From Eledone cirrhosa (Eukaryota), in assembly GCA_964016885.1 (NCBI GenBank), contig OZ024752.1, positions 8,742,001 through 8,806,000 on the forward strand: a stretch of 64,000 bases of DNA, in the 5' to 3' direction. Of the stretch, positions 60,201-64,000 are shown piece by piece (position 1 is the stretch's first letter; every line of letters starts with the position of its first letter). The position numbers and the translations under genes are program-made. The notes under the pieces were generated by a model. That model saw nothing but the letters and a program-made list of their open reading frames with translations, was not told where the DNA came from and did not search any database.

Positions 60201-63200
60201 ATGGCTGTCTTAAGAGTGGGTTGTCTAAATGCGCGTGGCCTGGGCTCACCTTGGAAGCAAGCTAAACTTCTAAGTGACCTCAGGTCACAATGTGTAAATG
60301 TGATGGTTATTTGCGAGGCCCGGATCAGCAGCATGCGACAGCTAACCCCCACCTTTGATGACTTTGAGATGCACGCATCTCTCTGTCAGCCCGGAGGTGG
60401 GGGTGGGGTTGTCGTTCTGCTGCAAAAACATCTGGGTCTCGCTACACAGACGGTACACTTGGACCCGGAGGGTCGACTCGTGGTTCTGGACCTTGGCAAT
60501 GGCGAAGGCGAAGCTTTTAGGCTTGTCGCCGTATACGCCCCTTTTGGGGCAATGCGGTCGGACTTCTTCCATCGTCTGGAGACTTTTCTAGGGACGTCCC
60601 GCTCCTTGCTTTTAGTGGGGGACTGGAATGGTATCCTAGATGCACGTTGGGACTATGTAGGGGCATGTCCCGATAGAGGGGGGTGTAACAGCCTTAAGGG
60701 GTTAATCGGCCGATTCGACCTGGCCGATAGATACCGACTAGATTTTCCGACTGTACCAACCTGGACCTGGTCAAATAACAGTGGTCAATCTAGATCGTAC
60801 CTAGATAGGTTCTTAGTTAGAATTAAGGATAGGGACTTTTTAAGTTGTCCAGAAATGCTCATGGTGGGCTATTCAGACCACAAGTTAGTGACCTGCGTAG
60901 TCCACCTTGATAGAACGCATAGGCAGGGGCCCGGTTACTGGAAGCTCAACTTGTCCTTACCGGCAAGTAGAGCTTACAGGGACCGGATTAGAACCTTAGT
61001 TAAGGAGCAGTTGACGGGCGCCATCGTCAACAACAGGTGGTGGGGCTCTCTAAAAAGAGAGATTAGAGTAGTTTCAATAGGAGTTAGTAAGGAGTTAGCC
61101 TCAGATAGAAATAGGAAGGAAAGGGAGTTGGTAGTTAATGTTGAAGAGGCAATGAGAAGCGGCAACGTGGCCAGAGTGCAAGCGTCGAGAACGGTCTTGA
61201 ACCAGTTCTTCGACGCGAAACACGAAGGCTGCGTTGTCCGAAGCAAAATACGTGCTCTGGGAAACGAGGGGACCAAAGCTGTTAGCTGGGCCCGCGTGAC
61301 AGAAGCGAAAAGTGGGATTAAATCCACTATCCGGTCTTTGCGAGACCAGGATGGACGGCTGATCCTTGAACCTAAGCAAATGTGCGAGGCCTTTCAAAGG
61401 CACTTTGCCCAATTGTTCGGGAGGGGCGGGGAGCCGGTTGGAGATGTGGATTTCGGTCCATACCTCGACGGCCTGCCGCGTCTTTCGGACAGGGAGGCGA
61501 GGTCCTGCGACGGGCCGATCTCAGCTGCTGAAATAGGGGACGTGCTGAGCCTATGCGGCAAACGCAAATCTCCAGGACTCGATGGTCTGCCCTACGAACT
61601 ATATATTAATATGCCGGACTTGTTCCCCGATCTCCTCGAGGCGGTCTACTGCAACTGGCAACAGAACGGGAGAATTCCCTGTTCTGTGACCAAGGGCGTA
61701 GTCTCGCTAGTGAGGAAGGACGAGAACAAGGGGGATGACATTAGTAATTTTAGGCCCATAACTCTGCTAAATGCAGAGTTAAAGATTTTGGCGAAGGTGT
61801 TAGCGAAGAGGTTGGCGCTTGTCGTGGGGGGCCTGGTGGGAGATGCGCAGACATGCGCTATCCCGTACAGGTCCATCCACGACAACCTCCACCTCATGCG
61901 ATACATCATAGAGAGGGTTGGGAACGAACCCGGCTTTGGTGGGGCCCTGATAAATTTAGATCAGTCTAAAGCGTTCGATAGGGTGGACCATGGTTACCTG
62001 GATGCGGTGCTAGCGGCGGCTGGGTTCGGACCCGTTTTCAGGGGCTGGATCACTGCCATGCACAGCAGCCGCATCTGCTCTAGAGTCAAGGTGAACGGCT
62101 ACCTTTCGGAGCCGTTCGAAATCACCCGCTCCATCCGACAGGGGTGCCCTCTCTCCTCCCTTCTGTATGTGTTGACTCTCGAGCCATTACTGCGGAAGTT
62201 GGAGTTGTTGCAGGGCATCCCTTTGGAACCGGGATTGCGCAAAGCGGTGTCGGCCTACGCCGATGACGTAACAGTAATGGTGTCGACCGCCTCGGAAATC
62301 GAGGCAATCGGCACCTTACTAGAGGAGTACGAAAGGTTGACAGGGGCTAAGCTGAACCGGGACAAGTCAATCGCTTTGCAACTCGGCGAGTGGAGGGGCA
62401 AAGCGATGTCGTGCGACGGTATCGTCGGACGGTGGACGGAGGGCCCGGTGAAGTTGCTTGGGGTCTGGTTCGGACCGGACCTCCAGGTGGAGAAAAACTG
62501 GGGTGAGGTGACGAATAGGGTGTTTGCACTGACCCAGAAGTGGGCCGAGTGCAAACTATCCCTAAAAGGTCGGGCGGAGGTGGCGAACGCTTACATAGCG
62601 TCCGTCATCTATTACCGCTTGACTGTCGTGCCTTGCCCGGGTGAGATCCTCGCCAAAATGGAGCGCGCCCTCTTTTATTTCCTTTGGAAGAAGAGGTCTC
62701 CTCTAGTGAGGAGATCCATCTGCTGTCAACACCCTTTGAAAGGAGGGCTGGGGATGCCGTGGCTAAAAATGCGTAAACACGCATTGAGGCTAAGGCACCT
62801 CCACGTATTCCTCACCGGTCAACCGGTGTGGGCCCCGTTTGTGAGGCGAGCCTTCCCGAGGCTCGTCTCGCTCACCGAGCTGCAGTCCTGGGTGAAGCAA
62901 AGACCGAGAAAACTGGGCGACTGGCACACCGAGTGTGCCCAGGCGCTCACGGCTCTCTGGCAGGCGGACCCGGCTATCGACGGAGACTCCACCTCGTCAT
63001 TCTATAGAGGGCTGGTGGTTAGCGGGTGCGACGACGCCCTCGGAGAAGCCCTAGGCATGGAGGAGGACGAACTGGCCAGTCTATTCGGTAGGACTTTCGG
63101 CCCGGGACCTATGGACAACTTCCAGAAGTCCTTGGCCTGGCAGTGCTACCGAGGGGCTCTGCCCGTTCGGGATAAGCTCTACAGACACGGGCGCCCGGGT

Positions 63201-63638
63201 AGGGACCCCTCGAAAAAGATCTGTCCCAGATGCGTGCGCGACGAGGAAACCGTCGCGCACGCATTGGTGCACTGCCCGGGCGTTGCCGATCTGTGGGGCT
63301 ATGTTGAACAACTGCTGTCACGGGTGGGACCAATTAGGTTGACCACCGAGTCCATTGTAACGATCAAGCCGCCTCCCCCCTTCAAAAATGAAGGAGAGGC
63401 GGTCTTCCTCTGTGTAATAGCCATGGTAAAAGAGGCTATATGGTGGACGCGTCTGAAAGGGCTGAGGTCGGACACCTTTCTCTCCGGCCAACAACTGGTC
63501 CTTTTCTTCCGATACCATTTCGGAAGAAGGATCAGGATGGAGAGAGAGGTGCTCCACTCCAGCCAGTTTTATGAAAGGTGGGTGAAAGTTGCGAGAATGG
63601 CCCGTGTGAATGGGCCTTCTCTCTACCTCAGCCTGTAG
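60201..63638 (+). CDS. LINE ORF2: APE endonuclease + reverse transcriptase + C-terminal CCHC, 1145 aa
   Basis: APE motifs LNARGL, GDWNG, YLDRFL, SDH and WKLN; RT motifs KSPGLDGL, FRPITLLN, LDQSKAFDRV, RQGCPLS and YADD; C-terminal CPRC..ETVAHALVHC. No stops or frameshifts. Confidence 0.96.
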   Translation: MAVLRVGCLNARGLGSPWKQAKLLSDLRSQCVNVMVICEARISSMRQLTPTFDDFEMHASLCQPGGGGGVVVLLQKHLGLATQTVHLDPEGRLVVLDLGNGEGEAFRLVAVYAPFGAMRSDFFHRLETFLGTSRSLLLVGDWNGILDARWDYVGACPDRGGCNSLKGLIGRFDLADRYRLDFPTVPTWTWSNNSGQSRSYLDRFLVRIKDRDFLSCPEMLMVGYSDHKLVTCVVHLDRTHRQGPGYWKLNLSLPASRAYRDRIRTLVKEQLTGAIVNNRWWGSLKREIRVVSIGVSKELASDRNRKERELVVNVEEAMRSGNVARVQASRTVLNQFFDAKHEGCVVRSKIRALGNEGTKAVSWARVTEAKSGIKSTIRSLRDQDGRLILEPKQMCEAFQRHFAQLFGRGGEPVGDVDFGPYLDGLPRLSDREARSCDGPISAAEIGDVLSLCGKRKSPGLDGLPYELYINMPDLFPDLLEAVYCNWQQNGRIPCSVTKGVVSLVRKDENKGDDISNFRPITLLNAELKILAKVLAKRLALVVGGLVGDAQTCAIPYRSIHDNLHLMRYIIERVGNEPGFGGALINLDQSKAFDRVDHGYLDAVLAAAGFGPVFRGWITAMHSSRICSRVKVNGYLSEPFEITRSIRQGCPLSSLLYVLTLEPLLRKLELLQGIPLEPGLRKAVSAYADDVTVMVSTASEIEAIGTLLEEYERLTGAKLNRDKSIALQLGEWRGKAMSCDGIVGRWTEGPVKLLGVWFGPDLQVEKNWGEVTNRVFALTQKWAECKLSLKGRAEVANAYIASVIYYRLTVVPCPGEILAKMERALFYFLWKKRSPLVRRSICCQHPLKGGLGMPWLKMRKHALRLRHLHVFLTGQPVWAPFVRRAFPRLVSLTELQSWVKQRPRKLGDWHTECAQALTALWQADPAIDGDSTSSFYRGLVVSGCDDALGEALGMEEDELASLFGRTFGPGPMDNFQKSLAWQCYRGALPVRDKLYRHGRPGRDPSKKICPRCVRDEETVAHALVHCPGVADLWGYVEQLLSRVGPIRLTTESIVTIKPPPPFKNEGEAVFLCVIAMVKEAIWWTRLKGLRSDTFLSGQQLVLFFRYHFGRRIRMEREVLHSSQFYERWVKVARMARVNGPSLYLSL

Positions 63639-64000
63639 GTGGAACAGAAAGAAGGGAGCACCCTCTCTTTGTGCTCCCGTGGAGAAGGGTCGCACACTTT
63701 TTTTCGGGGGTGTGTGTGACCCCAAAACGATCCCTCCCTATTGAGGACCTTCTTGTTATTATTTTGTTTGTTATATTTTTCTTACTCGATTTTTATGTAA
63801 ACTCCCCCCACCCATGTACATGTCCCTTTCTTTTGTGCCCTAGTGGCAAATAAACAGAAATTTGTCTGTCTGCCAGTCTGTCTGTCTGTCTGTCTGTCTG
63901 CCAGTCTGTCTGTCTGTCTGTTGTTATATTTGTGGAGGGTCATATTGTTATAATATTGCCAGAAGTAATAATGTTTCTACTATTGGCACAAGGCCAGCAA

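Larger units (their letters stand above)
58248..63862 (+). mobile_element. Full-length, apparently intact L1/Tx1-clade non-LTR retrotransposon
   Basis: Short 5'UTR, ORF1 with a zinc knuckle, 23-bp spacer, ORF2 APE-RT-CCHC, and a 3'UTR ending in AATAAA (63849-63854). Flanked on both sides by (TCTG)n. Confidence 0.93.

Noticed and set aside
60342-63725. Antisense and alternate-frame ORFs over ORF2
   Set aside because: Expected shadows of a GC-rich coding sequence.

Overview
AT-rich, microsatellite-saturated eukaryotic (animal) genomic DNA. The repeat content resembles octopod cephalopod genomes, which is an inference from recalled SINE and tail motifs. No intact host gene is confidently recognisable, and nearly all ORFs in the track are (TA)n/(CA)n/(TATG)n artefacts. 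The one intact coding element is a full-length two-ORF L1/Tx1-clade LINE (~58248-63862) inserted in a (TCTG)/(TCTA) microsatellite, next to a truncated relative in the same tract. There are also fragments of R4/Dong, CRE-like, RTE and CR1-like LINEs, about 20 copies of a tRNA-derived SINE, a ~600-bp bipartite RTE-derived non-autonomous family, MITEs and several minisatellites (48, 100, 31, 27 and 18 bp). The most striking hidden feature is the density of type I hammerhead-ribozyme motifs: about 10 near-complete cores in several unrelated small repeats of Penelope/retrozyme type. Many lie in inverted or fold-back arrangements, several of which turn at the ribozyme stem II. All structures and alignments were done by eye.
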